This document shows positions 24,121 to 37,574 of a stretch of 52,487 nt of DNA, piece by piece. The DNA is from Cyanophora paradoxa CCMP329 (lineage: Eukaryota; Plantae; Glaucophyta). The notes below the pieces were generated by a model. That model searched no databases. It was given only the letters and a program-made list of their open reading frames with translations, and had not been told where the DNA came from. The stretch lies in the NCBI GenBank assembly GCA_004431415.1, contig QPMI01000276.1:1-52487 (forward strand). The letters are read 5' to 3'. The first letter of the stretch is position 1; each line of letters starts with the position of its first letter. The position numbers and the translations under genes were made by a program.

Positions 24121-26447
24121 ATGGCCACTGAGAAGCGCCGGGAGCCGGAGGGCGGCGCGGGCGCCGGCCCCGCGCCCTCGAAGCGCACGCGGAGGGAGGA
24201 TGAGAGCGCTCCCGAGCGGCCCGCGGCGGGCGATCGGCCGCCGTTGCAGGCCTCGCCGATCGAGCAGCTGCCGACGGACCTCCTGCAGGCGGTCTTCGCT
24301 CACGTTGGCCTCGCCGACGCATACGCCGGCCGCCTGGCCCTCGTCTGCCGCCGCTTTCGCGAGGCGCTGCTCGGCTGCGCCTGGCCCGAGCTCCGACTCT
24401 CGACGCGGGGCGGGCGCTACGCGTACGGGGACCTGCGGGCGGAGCTGGAGGCGTGGAAGGCGCGGGCGAGCTCGAGCGCGCAGGCGGCGGCCGGCGGGCT
24501 GCGCGTCGCCGCGCTCGAGGTGGAGGCGACGCACCTGAGCCTCCGCGGGCGCCTCCCGTCGCTCCTCGGCGCCCTCGCCGGCGTGCGGCGCGCGCTGGTG
24601 CGGCAGTGGGCGCACGGGCCGCAGCCGCCGGCGCACTACCGGGCGCGGGGGACGCGGCCGGCGCCGCGCATGTACCAGGAGCCGCGCAACTGCGACGCGA
24701 TGCTGCGGCGGGCGGGGCTGGTGCACGGGTACGCGGCCGCGCTGCTCGGCGCGCTCGCCGCCCGCTCGGCGGACTCGCTCGAGGACCTCACCGTCGACCT
24801 CGACACCCTCCGCGTCGCCCCCCGCCCCGTGCCCCCGCCCCCGCCCCGCCCCGCCCCGGCCGCGGCCGCTGACGTCCAGGGCAGGGGGCCGGCGCTGCGG
24901 GCTATCGCGGAGGGGCTGCGGCCCTTCGGGGCGCTGCGGCGGCTGGACCTCGCCGGCTGCTGCTCGGCCGACGCCGCACTGGCGCGGGCCCTCGCGGCGG
25001 CCGCGCCCCGCCTCTCCACCCTCCGCCTCGCCGCCGCGAGCCGGACGGGGAAGAGGAGGAGGCGGGGGCGGAGGGGGAGCGGGTGGGGCCGGACGCTCCG
25101 GCGCTGGAGGCGCTCGCCGCGGCCCTCGCCGAGGGGCTTCCCACCCTACAGGCGCCCCCGTCCCCGCCCCGGCCCCGGCCCCGGCCCCGGGCCCCGCCCC
25201 TCTGGCCTCTGACGCGGCGAGCGTCGCTGCAGGAGCTGGGGCTGGTCTGGGCGCGGGGCGACGGGGCGGTCACGGCCGCCGCCCTGCGCGCCCTCGCCCG
25301 CCTCCCCCGCCTCCGCCGCCTCGGTGCCGCCCCGCCCCCGCCTCCCGGCCCGCCGCGCGGCGCGGCGGACGCGGCCGACGGGCCCGGCGGCAGAGCTGGC
25401 GTGCGGGAGCCTGCAGGCGGGCGCCCTGGACGAGCTGGTGGGGCCCGGGGCGCCCCCCTCGAGGGCCTCGCCCTGCGCCGCGCCCGCGGGCCCCGCGCCC
25501 TCCCCCGGACCCATCCCCCCTCCCTCGTTCCCCCCGGCGACCTCGCCCCCCTCGCGTCCATGGCGAGCCCCTACCCCCCACTTTACACACACGAAACTTT
25601 TCAATCGCTGACCCACCTCCTGTAGGAGCGGCTACGGTCGCTCGAGGTCGATGGGGCGCCTATCTCTCCCCCCGACGTCGCCGCCCTCGCCGGTACCCCC
25701 CGCCTCCCGTTCCACTCCGCCCCCCTCATCTTTCGCCGCAGGCGTCTGGGGCCGCCTGGCGCGGTTCTCGCTCGCCCTCGAGCTCTCCCCCGCCGACGGG
25801 GCGGTCCTCGGTGCCCTCCTAGGAGCCGGCGGCCCGCCCCCGGACCTCGACCTGACCCTCGGGGGGTGCCCGTCGGCCCTCGCCGCCGCCCTCGGCGCCC
25901 TCGCCGGCTCCGCCCCCTCGCCCCCCGCCGTCCTCCGCCTGCGCCTGCGCCCCGGGGCCCCTGCCCCTGCGGCCCCGCCTGCCGCCCCGACGGCGAGCCG
26001 CCCTCGCTCTCATGCGCGGCGGCGGCGGCGCTGGTGGCGGCGCGGGCGTGCGTGCGGGGTACCAGCGGCGGGGCCTGGAGGCGGCGGGGCGGGGCGGAGG
26101 TGGCGGCGCTGGCGGCGTGCGGGGCGCTGGAGGAGGCGGCGGTGGCGCTCGCCCCCGCGCCCCTCGCCGAGGGCGACGTGGCGCTGCTGGCGCCCCTCGG
26201 CGCCCTCCGCCCGCCCCGCGGGGCGGACCTCGCCGCCCACACCGCCCCGAGCGCACCTGCCCGCCCGCCCTCCGCGCCCTCGCCGCCGCCCTCCCCGCCT
26301 GGCCCGCCCGCCCACCCGCCCTCTCCTTCAAGCCCTCCCTCTGCTCTGCCCTGACCCGCGGGGCGCAGGAGCGTGTTCGGGGGGCAGCACTTCCCGTGGG
26401 AGGCCCCCGGGCGCTCCCGCTGCCCCGCCTGCCGCCTCCTCCGCTAG
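24121..26447 (+). CDS. F-box protein with LRR/RNI-like repeats (3' end approximate)
   Basis: F-box PIEQLPTDLLQAVFAHVG..RLALVCRRFREAL; LRR-like ALRRLDLAGC, RLSTLRL, LQELGL, RLRSLEV. Confidence 0.7.
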
Positions 26448-27457
26448 AGCGCCGTCCTCGACCTCGGCGCCGGCATCGACCTTCCACGCCCCCGCTTCCC
26501 AAGTTCCATCGAAGCTTCCGCCGCCCCATTACCCCCCTTCCCCCCGGCCGATCCCGATTCTCCCCGATTCTCTTCCCGTGACATTCGGGGGTGTTGAACT
26601 TGCTGCCTAGGCAGTTCTAGATCTGTGCACAGTATGCCTTCCCCGCCTTGCCCGGGCATTGGTCATTGAGGAATCCAGAGATCTTCTTAGATGCCCACTG
26701 GGCCAGTCCATCGATGTCGGCCTCGGTGCCAGCGCCCAGTCTGCGAGACCGGCGATCTGATTGAGGCCGGCCCGGTGCTGGCGTCCGCCTCCGCCTCTGT
26801 GACCGACTTCTCGCCCCTCATTCGGCGCTGGCCTGCAGCTGCCGAACGAGAACGCCGATAACGTTAACGCCGCCGGCGCCTGCGCATGCGCATGCCGCAG
26901 TGCAGCTGGCGCTGGTCTAGATCTGCCGAATTCGCCGAATTCGAACGCGTACGTGAGCTCGAGCGCTAGCTATAGCTCGAGACAGTCACTGAGTGCGCAT
27001 GCGCATGCTGGGCGCGAGCTGCCGCCACGGCCGCCTGCCGGACGAGATTGTCAACTAACGCCGCAGCTAACGGCTTAAAGCTTGCGACGTGCAGCGCTAG
27101 CGCTAGCGATGTCGCTAGCGCTTTGATGCATTCACGGGCTTGGGGTACGTATACGGGGGCCGTGCACCAGCTTGGGGTACGGGGTAAAGCCACAAAGCAG
27201 CGTCGACGTCGCCCCGCCGATCTCGGTTCAGGCGCGGCGTGAGCGAGCGTCGACATCCCGCCGCACTAGCGCTTCGAATTCGGATTCGCGGTCGCTCTGC
27301 AATCCGCGCCTGGCGTCGTCGCCGAAGCTCCAGAAAGTCGGACCGGAGCGCCTCGCACGCGTCGACGTCTTCAGCGCCGGCGTCCGCCGGTCCGGCAGCA
27401 GCTCAACAGCCCGACAGCTGCGCCTCTCGCCCGTGACCGCGGCAGCCAATTGCAACC

Positions 27458-27712
27458 ATGGCGATGGGCCCGGGGGCATTAGGATATGCCCTCGCGTATG
27501 TTACCCAGCCGATCTGGAGGCCAATCGGCTCGGCTATCGAGAAGGCGGGAGGCTTCAAGGCGATGGACAATGCCATCACGGGGGCCAGTCGCAAGGTCTC
27601 TGGGTTCGTCAGGGATCAATGCTGGGGCAAGGCGGGGAAGTCGCACTGCGCGCATCACTGCAAGGGCGAGTACGACACGCCCGCATGCCACGGTGCGTGC
27701 ATATACACGTAA
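27458..27712 (+). CDS. Small intronless 84-aa peptide with Cys-rich C terminus
   Basis: MAMGPGALGY...DQCWGKAGKSHCAHHCKGEYDTPACHGACIYT*. Normal amino-acid composition, unlike the shadow ORFs around it. Confidence 0.5.
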   Translation: MAMGPGALGYALAYVTQPIWRPIGSAIEKAGGFKAMDNAITGASRKVSGFVRDQCWGKAGKSHCAHHCKGEYDTPACHGACIYT

Positions 27713-27747
27713 AGCCGATGCGACCCGCCCCGCCGGGCCGCGCCTGC

Positions 27748-28041
27748 GCCGCGCCCGGCGCTGAAGACGACGCAGCGCGGCTCGAGCGAATGGAAAAATG
27801 CTTGGGCGAGTACCACACTGAATTTTGCCGCGGTGTGACCGAGCCCCCTCCCTTGGCGCAAACCACGCCGGCCTTCGGCGTTAGCGTATCTTTTGATCCG
27901 CGCGAACAGAGAGACTGAAGGCGAAAGTGATCGACAAAGCCGCGCCCGGCGCTGAAGACCACGCAGCGCGGGTCGAGCGAATGGAGAAATGCTTGGGCGA
28001 GTACGACATCGATAACTGCCGCGGTGTGTACGAGCTCCCCT
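27748..28041 (+). repeat. Two ~100-bp direct repeats (period ~191 bp) related to the peptide C terminus
   Basis: gccgcgcccggcgctgaagac(g/c)acgcagcgcgg(c/g)tcgagcgaatgga(a/g)aaatgcttgggcgagtac... at ~27748 and ~27939. Confidence 0.85.
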
Positions 28042-28087
28042 GTCCGACGGTCCTCAGCGTACCCTCTGACCGGCTCAAGCAGGGTAT

Positions 28088-29170
28088 TTGGAGAAGAATG
28101 CTACGGCGAAGCTTAAGGCGGCCAAGGGCCGCGGAGGGCCGAAGAAGGCGACCAAGTCCACGAAGACGGCAAAGGCGGCGAAGGCGGCGAAGGGCAGCGG
28201 AGGGGCGGCCAAGCAGAAGCCCCTCGCGGCTGCAGCCGGCCCGGACCAGGCCGGACCCAGCGGCGCGGACGCTGGTCCCGATCAAACCGCGGGGCGCGCG
28301 AGCCCCGGCGCCCCTGCCGCAGCGCGCAGTATTCGCTGATCGAGCGCTCTGCAGGGCGCTCCAGGGAGCCGGCCCCTCCGCTCCACCCCCGTCCACCTTC
28401 CCCAGCGGCAAGGCGGGCTACTACGGAGGGTGCGCTCGGGCCGGGTCTCCCCTGCTGCGCCGATCGCCAACGCAGCGCCGCGCAGGGCGGCGCGGGGGCC
28501 CGTGGCCGGCCTCGGCGCGCCTCCCCCGCCCGGCTACCCCGGAGACGGGGCGGGCAGCTACCCCATGCAAGCGCTGGACTCGGACGTGCGCCCCGCCCCG
28601 CGCCCCGCCCCCCGCCCCGCGCCCCGCCGCTGACCCGAAGCTCGGGCCGCGCTCAGACCCTGGCATGTGTCGAGGACGGTTCCCTCGCCGCGGGTATCGC
28701 GTACCCCCGAGCCGGCAACGTGCCTTTCGCGACTCACCCTCGCCCGCAGATGCGCAGGCGGCGCCCGAGGATGGGGGCACCGGCTTCGCCGAGGTGCGCG
28801 GGCTGTACCCCCGTCCCTTCCCTTTCTGACGCCTGTACCCCCGCAGGACGGAGCGCCGCACGAGGGGTACACGAGCTACAGGGTGGTGCGCGGCCCGGGT
28901 ACGGGAGCGCCTCCCGCTTGCCGTCGAGCGGGGCCCGCAGGAGGGGTACGGCGAGGCGGAGGAGGCGCCGGCGGCGGGGGCGGAGTCGACGGAGGGGTAC
29001 GCCTTTGAAGCCGCCGCCGACGGCGGCCTCGCCCTCGCGGTACCCCCCACCCCCCGCCTCCCGTTCCCCTGCCCAGCTTGCTCCGGCTAACCAGTACCCC
29101 CCAGGACGGAGAGCTCGGGGGGTTGTGGCTCGCGGGCCACGAGCCGTCGGCCCTCTGCTGAGCACTTGAG
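28088..29170 (+). CDS. Low-complexity Lys/Ala then Gly/Pro/Tyr-rich multi-exon hypothetical protein
   Basis: KLKAAKGRGGPKKATKSTKTAKAAKAAK followed by exon-like G/P/Y-rich segments with splice sites. Confidence 0.35.
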
Positions 29171-29273
29171 CGCGTTCAATTAGTTTCAATTAGTTTTTCG
29201 ATTAGTTTGCAAGACCACAGCTCGGGAAGGTCAGCGCGGCGCCCTTGAGCGTGCAGCTGCGAAGGCGCTCCTA

Positions 29274-29336
29274 TCGGGAGCCCCCCTATCAGCTCCAGCG
29301 GGTTGGGCTTCGGGAGCCCCCCTATCAGCTCCAGCG
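29274..29336. repeat. 27-bp direct repeat, period 36
   Basis: tcgggagcccccctatcagctccagcg x2. Confidence 0.85.
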
Positions 29337-30513
29337 TCTCAAAACAGAGCGGAGGGGTACCAGCTCCCCCAGTTCGAGGCGGGGTCATAGTCGAGGAAGA
29401 GGGCCTCGAAGAGCTCGGCCCCCATCTAGATCTGCCCTGCACTATTTTTAGACGCGGGGGGTACTAGTACAGGATAGGGGTACAGTTGACGTTCAGGTCC
29501 TTCGCGAGGTAGCTCGCCACGTTCTGGGGTACGCGTCCAGGGACCTGGCAGGCGAGGTGCGACATGAAGCCCGTCGCCGCGAGCTCCGGCTCCCGCATTG
29601 CAATTGCGACGTCGACCAGTGGCATGCCCATCTGCCGAGGCTATCAATAGACACGCAAGGGGGTACGGGGCCCGCGCACGCGGCCGGCGGCCGACGCGTC
29701 GAAGAGCACCGCGTCCGCTTGATGCCCGCGCGGAAGAAGACGTGGTCCCCATGCTAAAAGTAGGATCGGGGGGGGGGTACGTATACGTCGTTCAAAGGGA
29801 GTGGGGTACCCACCTTCGCGGAGAGGAATCGGAAGAAGTATTGCCAGAGGAGCCTCGGAGGTCGAATACGAGCCGCTGAGCCAGAACGTGCTGGGGGCGT
29901 CGACGTCAGATCCGCTTCGAGAGGCAAAGGGGGTACGCCACGCCTTTGATTCGCGTATACGTATACGTATATATACCTGGCGGGCCGAGAGGCGGCCTGC
30001 GTCCACCCACGCCGAGAACTGCGGCGAGGTTAGAGAGGGGGCGGATGTGAAGGGGGTACGCGCACCTTGCCAAGTTGCTGCTGCATTCGGCGCCGAGCAT
30101 CTCGTCGCGGGTCTCCTTGTAACCCCCTCAGGAGGTCCTTCAGGCGATGCGCACGCCCTTCCCCGATCGCGAGCTAGGGGAAGGACGCAGCTGCAGCGGC
30201 CGGCGTGGGGGGCGGAGGGAGGCGAGGAGCTGGAGGAGCGCGTCGCCGGCCGCGGGCTCGGGGCGGACCCCGCCGGGCCGGCCCGGTCGCGTCCAGGGGG
30301 AGGGGGGGGTAGCTGTAGGCTATTCTAAAACAAAGCTCAGCTGAGCACCTGCCACAGCCTGAATAAAAGCTGAGCGCCAGGGCTGAAATAACCTGAATGG
30401 GCCGGGGGCCGGGGCCCGGCCGGGCCGTCCGCCGGCGCGGCGGCCCGGCGGCCGCCGGGCGCCCCGGCCGCGGGCCACGGCCCGTCGACGTCGACGTCAC
30501 ACGGCGTGGCCAC

Positions 30514-30577
30514 TGGGCCATGGGCCGTGGCCCGTGGGCCGTGGCCCGTGGGCCGTGGCCCGCGGGCCGTGGCCCGT
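30514..30577. repeat. 7-bp microsatellite G(G/C)CCGTG
   Basis: gggccgtggcccgtgggccgtggcccgtg... Confidence 0.85.
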
Positions 30578-32669
30578 ACGCGTGGCCTGCGCCGCGGCGG
30601 CGACTCGAGCTCGCGCAGCGTCGCGTCGGCCGGAGTCGCCGGACTCGCCGGCAATTCATGATTCAATCATTGCAAGTCGCCGGCCGCGGATAGTACGCGG
30701 CTGTACGCCGGATACTATACTCGGAACAGTACTGGTATTACGGTACTTGGGTAACTCGGGTAGGGGTGCGGCTTGCCGGCCAAAAAGTCGGCTCAAGCCA
30801 AGCCAAGCCCCGGGCTCTCGCGGTCAAGCCAAGCCAAGCCGGTCGACTGGCCGGCCCTTGCCTTTTTTGTTTTTCTGCGTTTGTTTTATTTGTTTTATAC
30901 ATCGCGATCGTGCGTCCATCGTCGTGCGCCGTGCGACATATATGTACACGACATACACGATATATAAGATATGTACTGGTACGTATACAGGCTAATACAG
31001 GCTTTATTCAGCAGCAGCAGGGCCAGCGGCGCTCAGCGGCTGCAGCGCTCAGCGGCTACGGGCCTACGCCGTCCCTAGAGTCGGGGCTAGACTCCCTAGT
31101 AGGAGTCCCTACGGCCCGCGGCCGCTCAGCGGCTTCGCGGCCGCTCAGCGGCAACCCTATTCCCGGAATCCCGGGTCCCGCGGCCCGGGCGGCCGGGCCT
31201 ACGCCGCCCTACGGAGGCTACGGTCCGACGGTCCCACCGCGCCTACCGGACCTAGTACCGGTAGCTCAGAGGCTCAGATCTAGAGCACTGCGGCAGCCTG
31301 GCAGGCTCATCAGAGCACTGAGAGCAGCAGCAGCTGCAGCTGAGCAGCTGCACCACCCCGTACGGTACGCTTGGCGCCGGCGCTTCCGAAAGTTCAGAGC
31401 AGCAGCTGCAGCGGCGAGCGCCACGCCGCCAGCGCCGTATGTATAGATCCGAGTTCGACGCGTATACGTATACATACAGTCACTGAGTACGCCGTCCGTC
31501 GGACTGTCGGACATAGACGATGATCGGCCGCGGGTCTCCGTTACCGTCGGCGTAGGGGGAGCGGCGCCGCAGGAGTCCGACGGTCCGACCGTCGGAGTCG
31601 GTCGGACGGTTGCAGCAGGACTCGCGGTGGGCGTACGCGTGGCCTGTGGGAGCTACTCTGCGAGGCGCCGCGGCGTGCGCATCGCACGGTACACTCGGAG
31701 TATACGTACACGTGTACATGTACAGCTTTCAGTATATGTAGCTCGCGGCCTCCGGACCGGCAGTGTTGCGATATAGCTACCACGTGCACAGCGCTGTGAC
31801 AGCACTCGCTCAGCCCCGGCCCTCTAGATCTGCCCCACTGACTTACAGGCTTGAGGCTTAGCTGCGCAAGTTGGCCACTGTCGACGTCCGTCTATCCGAC
31901 GTCGACGGCCGCGGATTTGTGCATGCGATAGTGATGCATGTGCTCGGGTCAACATCGACGTTCCCGAGTGCACGTACGCGTGGAGCGTGTGGCGACGAAA
32001 GCGAACGGCTTCAACGTGCCACTGACGCGGACGATGACGGGAACGCCACAGGAGATGGGATCGCCACGCACACACGGATTCCAATTCCACACTTGTGCAC
32101 AAAACTTCGGCTCCAGTACACGCCAAGGTGCGTATCATGCATAGCTATAGCTATAGTATATATATATCGACCGTCGGGCGGTGTACGTATTTTTTGTCAT
32201 CAATTGCAAGCGCGCCCCTGAATTCTCTCTCTCATGATCGATGTAATTTATTTTTAACATTCGAATTTTCGTGCTTGGTCGGATTCGAAGGTCCAGAAGG
32301 AGAGGCTCGAGTTGGCCGGCGCCGCAGGACGCCGTCCTGTTTTCGGAGGACGACTGCTGGGCTTCGCGATCGGTCGTTGCTGTGCGCCATACCGATTCTG
32401 CAGGCCTGAACGATCGCCGGAGGCGCTTTTTCCTTGAACGGCCCGTTGAAGGTGCTCCCGTACCACTCATTAATCTTGTGCACTGTCCAATTGCATTGCA
32501 TTCGATCATCATGGCATACTTGGATGCAGTATTAATCGCATGATCAGATCTAAACACGGCTGCTGTTTATACGTATCGCGGAGGACGGCAAAAGCAGGCC
32601 CCCGCCTCGCTTGTAGCGCTTCCGCTGGCCTCGGCATCCGACTGGGCCCACGTTCGCCGATTCGCATGG

Positions 32670-35600
32670 ATGCGCGGTGATCATGACCGGGTTAGTCTCA
32701 TCTTATTGCATATGTTCAAATTTTCCCCAGCGCCAGCTGATCAAGGCTGTCACTACCACGTTGGAGAAATTCATGACGCGCTCACGTTATCGATCGTTGC
32801 GCAGCTAAAGCATCGCCGGGTGCAGGGGGCGGCGTGGGCGGTCCTCCTTACTTTTCAGGTCCTTCTCCTCCAGCTTGTTGCGGGCCAGCTGCAGTCCCCT
32901 CCCTTCGCGGTCTCGCCCGTGGATGTGCGCGCCCGCACTGCCGTCCTCTCCTTCAGCTTTGCGGCGGGGCTCTCGCCGGCGAGCGTGCAGGCGCGCTGCG
33001 GCCTCGCGTCGGAGGTATCGCCGCTGTGGACCGCGTCCTCCCACGTGCCCTATGGCGCCTCTGCCGTCAATCTCACCGCCTCGGGCCTGTACGCTGGCGC
33101 AAAGCACGCCTGCCGCGCCTCCGTGGTGGCCGCCGCCCCGACGAACGCGACGCGTGTCGTCTTCACGACGCTCGTGGACCCACCCGCGCCTTCCGTCGCG
33201 CTCTCCTACGAGCGCCTTAACCAAACGCACGCGGACGCGGCGTGGCACATGGCCGGCCAGTTTGCATATAACGCATCCGATAGCCTTATCTTTGGTCCGT
33301 ATTCGCACACCATCCTTTAGGCGCGCATGGTGGCACATGTACAATCGCAAGTAATCCGCGGCGGGTTCTCGCGCAGTGGGCGGCCCGGCGGCCCCGGGGC
33401 TCGCGTGGTCGTTCGATCCTTTTGTTCTTGCCTGGACCAACGCGAGCGACATCTCCACCAGCAACTGCGACTTTTTTGTGGGGGACGCTGCCGGCGGACT
33501 CCACCCAGGCGCCCTCTTTACTGGCTTCGGGGGCGCCCGCTTCTTCGTCGCGCGGACGGGCTCCTCGTTCTCAGCGCCCGACCCCGCCGACCCGCTGCTC
33601 ACCGCCTCGTACCCCATGAACTCCTGCTACTGGGAGTGGAACGGCGCGCAGAGCTGCTTTGACGTGAACTCCGTTGGGACGGCCCCAGAACGCATCTTTC
33701 GCGCTCGGAGGTCGACGGTCGACGTGTTGTGGAACGGCACCGTGCGCGAAAAACAACTCTCCTGTGACGATTTCTACGCCTCTTTCAAGCGTCCCGCCTC
33801 GCGCAGTTTTACTCCGCTGGCGGTAGGGTGTGCACCGATGCGACCTCCGGGATGTTCAACCTCACCGCCTCCGTCATGTGAGCCCTTCGCGGTTGCTTGC
33901 AATTGGTTTTCATTTTTGACCGTCGCGTGCTTTAAATTTCTTGATCGTGCGCCCCTCGCGTCCTTTTAGCTCGTACACGCCGGGTACCCCCGGCCAGGTG
34001 GGCGCGTGGGCCGTGGTGATCCCCCACGAGACCGTCATGGACGGAATGCACTCCGATCCTACCGAGAACGCCGTCGGCGCTGTCTTCGGTGCCTTCCCGC
34101 GAAGAGTGTTAGGGCACTGCTTGCGCCTCCCCTAACTCGCAGCGTCCACCGGGCGCCGGCAGACGGGAAGCTGTTCTACTACGGCGGCGCGATGGCGAAC
34201 GGAACCGCCTCCGCCGCGCTTTATTACGCCAACCTTGTCTCCGCAAGCCCTTCCTGGGTCGCTGTGTTTCACGTATGCCGCTTTAATTTGCCACTTGCCG
34301 GCGCTCTGCCGACCGTCGGACCCGACCGCAGAACGGAGGAAGTCGACTGTCAGCCGGGGCATGGGTCTGCGGACCGCTCTTCGTAATTGTCGGCGGGCGC
34401 GACTACGGGCTCGCGCCGCCATACGAGGCGCCCGCCATTTTCGCGGACCTGGCACCTTTCGACGAGGCAGCGCCTTCCCTCAGCTTCTCCGCAGCGGGAG
34501 CCACCGTGCAGGCCGGCGTCAGTTTAATGTCCGACATCATGCAGTCCTCTGTGGCCCAGGCCTCCGCATCCGGCTCCTGCGGTGCGCGCAGCGCTCGAAG
34601 CAATGTTCGCCGGCATCGCTTCGAATTCTGCATGCACTGATGTCTATGCATCTGCATCGGCGGCAGCCGCGTATCTCATCGGGTTCAAGACGGCGGGCGG
34701 GGACTTTGTCCAGGACGTCCTCCGCGCCTGTAAGCGATAGCTGAATCTGTTTCAGCCTCTTCGAATTCACGATCGCGCGCAATGACATCGATGTCGCGCA
34801 GACGCGAATCGGGACGCGGAGGGAAGGGGCCTCCACGTCGGAGCGCCGGATGCGCCCGCGGCTGTGGAGGTCACGGCCGTTGGGGCCGACTACATGCGGC
34901 GCAACGCGACGTTTGGCGTCACGTTCGGCCCGCAAAACGGGCACTGGGTCTCGGCCGCCGTCGTATCCTGCTCGTGCACGCCGGCGTGCACGGCGGAGAA
35001 GCGGGGGAGCTTCTACGTCCCGCCGGGCTCCACGTACGCCAACGTGACGCTGGCGGCCCTGGACGCCGGCCTCGCGTACGACTGCGCCGTGCACCTGGAG
35101 AGCTTTGCCGGCGCGTCGAACGCGACGGCGGCGGCGCAGTTCTCCATCGCGCAGGACCGGCCCGACAGGCCGATCGCGGCAGCCCCCACCGACCTGGTCG
35201 GGATGACACACGCGACGGTCAACGTCACCATGAGCCCCGACGGTGGCGCGGCCATCACCGGAATCATCGTAAGCTGCGCCGCAGCCGCGGGGGGCGGGGA
35301 TGCGTGGGGCGGATCGGCCACCGGCTCCTTCGCGGCCGGGAGCTGGTACTCGTTCATGGTGACGGGTCTGACCGTAAACACGACATACACGTGCACGGCG
35401 AACGCGACCAACTCCGTTGGCATTTCCGACAACGCGATCGTCTCATTCACAACGAGATGTCCGCGCTATCGCCTCCATAAATATGAACCTGCCTCGCGAT
35501 CTGTGACTGTTTCGCAGCGCTAATTCGGCTGACGACGAGGCGACTGGGCGCCACCGGCTTTGTGGTGCGGCGGGCGGCCAGCGTGGTCTTCAGGGATGCC

Positions 35601-37574
35601 GCGGGCAGCCTCAAGGTCGTCTCGTCGGGCGGCTGGACCGGGCCGCTGTCGATCCCGCTCCCGGCCCCTCCGACGACTCTGCCGTCCGCCGCGGACGCCA
35701 GCGCGCACGTCTCCGACCAAGTCTGGACGTACGACGTCGCGTCCGATAGCTGGACCAAGATGAACGTCACCCAGCCGTACAAGAGCATCGGGTCGGCCTG
35801 CGTCTGGGACGAATACCAGCAGATCTACTGCACAGGTGTGCATCCGCAGTCGATGTTTACACTCAACCCTAGATCCACATGCATATTGTAATTATATTAT
35901 TATTCTTCGCTTGGAAATCCGTATCGACGTCGACTCTACGGATACTTTGCGTTGGCGTCACCGGGGCACATGAATTCGTTCGTCTGATGTCCGCATAGGG
36001 GGATGGAGCAACGTTGGGGGAGAACGAGATGGTCTCTGGTCCTACGATGTATCATTTACAACGACCACTGTTTTGCCTAAGATGCCGAACGGATTTACAG
36101 GTGCTGAGTATTGCTATTTCGAATTCAGACGAACTCCACTCAATTTTCAAATATGCATGCAGGGCACGTAATGGCTTTTTATAATGGGCTCATTTACGTG
36201 CGCTTTCCCACACGCTATTCCTTCTGGGTGCACGAGCGCTCGGCTTGTGATCGAACACATCCAGGTCACTGGAGGGATGCACACCTCGGGCACTGGTGGC
36301 GCTCTGGTGAAGTGCGCATGCGCCTCCCTCACGCCTCGAGCTCGCCTGCAGCCGAGAAGCAGTTCTAACAGCTTCAAATTCTCGATGGCCGCCCAGGTAC
36401 GACCCCGCGTTCGGCTGGAGCAGGGACCTCTCGGGTCCCGTGACCCCCGGCGTGGTGCTCACGAACCACTACGCATACACCCGCGTCGGGTCGCGCCTCT
36501 TCGTCGCGTGGGGCGTCTACCACCGCAACGCCACCATCCACTCGCTGGATCTTGCTCTCCCCGCGCCCAAAACATGGAGGCAGGTCGCCAACTTCTACCC
36601 GTCAATACAAAAGGCGTACGGAGAATCGTACGGCGCCGCGCTCGGCACCTGCGGACAGTACCTCCTCGTCGCCGCTACGGGGCTGCGGCCGATGTTGCTG
36701 GATTCTCAAAGTGCGCTCTTTCGATTAGCCTCTTTGTTTCCCATATGGACCCACCTGGGCGAATTTTTAAAAATCGTCTAGCTGGAGCGATTGTTGCGGA
36801 CGGGGCAAGCGCAACCAATGACGGCGACCAACTCGATTACAAGGATGGTCCGCTCTCTTCTCGCTTTATTCACATACACGCGTTAAATGCCGAAACAAAA
36901 CGCTAATATACAGGGATTTACGGGACGGTGACGGACGGGTCTGCGTGTACATTGTGCGTCGCGGTTTTGAAATTCAAAGCTGCAATTGCAACTTCGCGCG
37001 CAAATTAAAATTGAATCCTTTAAATATAGACCGATGTGTCAGTAGCACGCTAAACGGTTCTTGTCGTTCCTGGCAGATTCGTAGGCCTTGGAACCGATCA
37101 AGCAAACTCCAGCATCAACTTGTCTATGTACAAGATCAACGGTCTGCCCAATCGTCATTGGTATCGCAAATGCATCGTTCAATCTCGTTCTCACGAATAC
37201 ACTGCTTGTTTGGATGATCAGGAACGTTTCCGGCGAGCGGGGCGCCCTCCGTGACGGAGATCCGCGTCGCGAATACGACGCAGTCTTCAACAACGCTGCT
37301 AGTCCGCTTCGGGTTTGCAGGCGACGCGGCCGTCACGGAGGCGGCGGCCTCCTGCGCCCTGTACAACGCCACCACCGGGTCCGGAGAGGTAGTCTGGACC
37401 GGGCGAATGGCGGTTCTCAGCGACCAGGGCTATGCGCGCTTCGAAGTGGCTGGTCTTGCCTCGGACAGCACCTACATGTGCAGGTGACGGGCACGCTGCG
37501 CGGGGCGGGTCAGCACACTCTCTAACGAGAGATCAGTGCAAATGCGACTAGCCCATTGGGAGATTCCGGCAATG
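32670..37574 (+). pseudogene. Secreted/surface kelch-repeat + fibronectin type III protein, interrupted by the viral insertion
   Basis: Signal-like AVLLTFQVLLLQLVAG; FN3 motifs VTGLTVNTTYTCTANATNSVG and VAGLASDSTYMCSANATSPLGDSGN; kelch motifs KLFYYGG, VWTYDVASDSWT, GHVMAFYNGLIYVTGG. The last FN3 exon runs straight into AT-rich viral DNA. Confidence 0.7.

Noticed and set aside
28088-28339. Histone H1
   Set aside because: Only a K/A-rich stretch; no globular H15 domain.
90-31800. Hundreds of long overlapping Arg/Pro/Gly/Ala-rich ORFs in the ORF track
   Set aside because: Shadow ORFs caused by stop-codon scarcity in very GC-rich DNA; the real genes are spliced.
31824-32560. Short ORFs upstream of the kelch/FN3 gene
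   Set aside because: No recognisable domain or consistent splice pattern.
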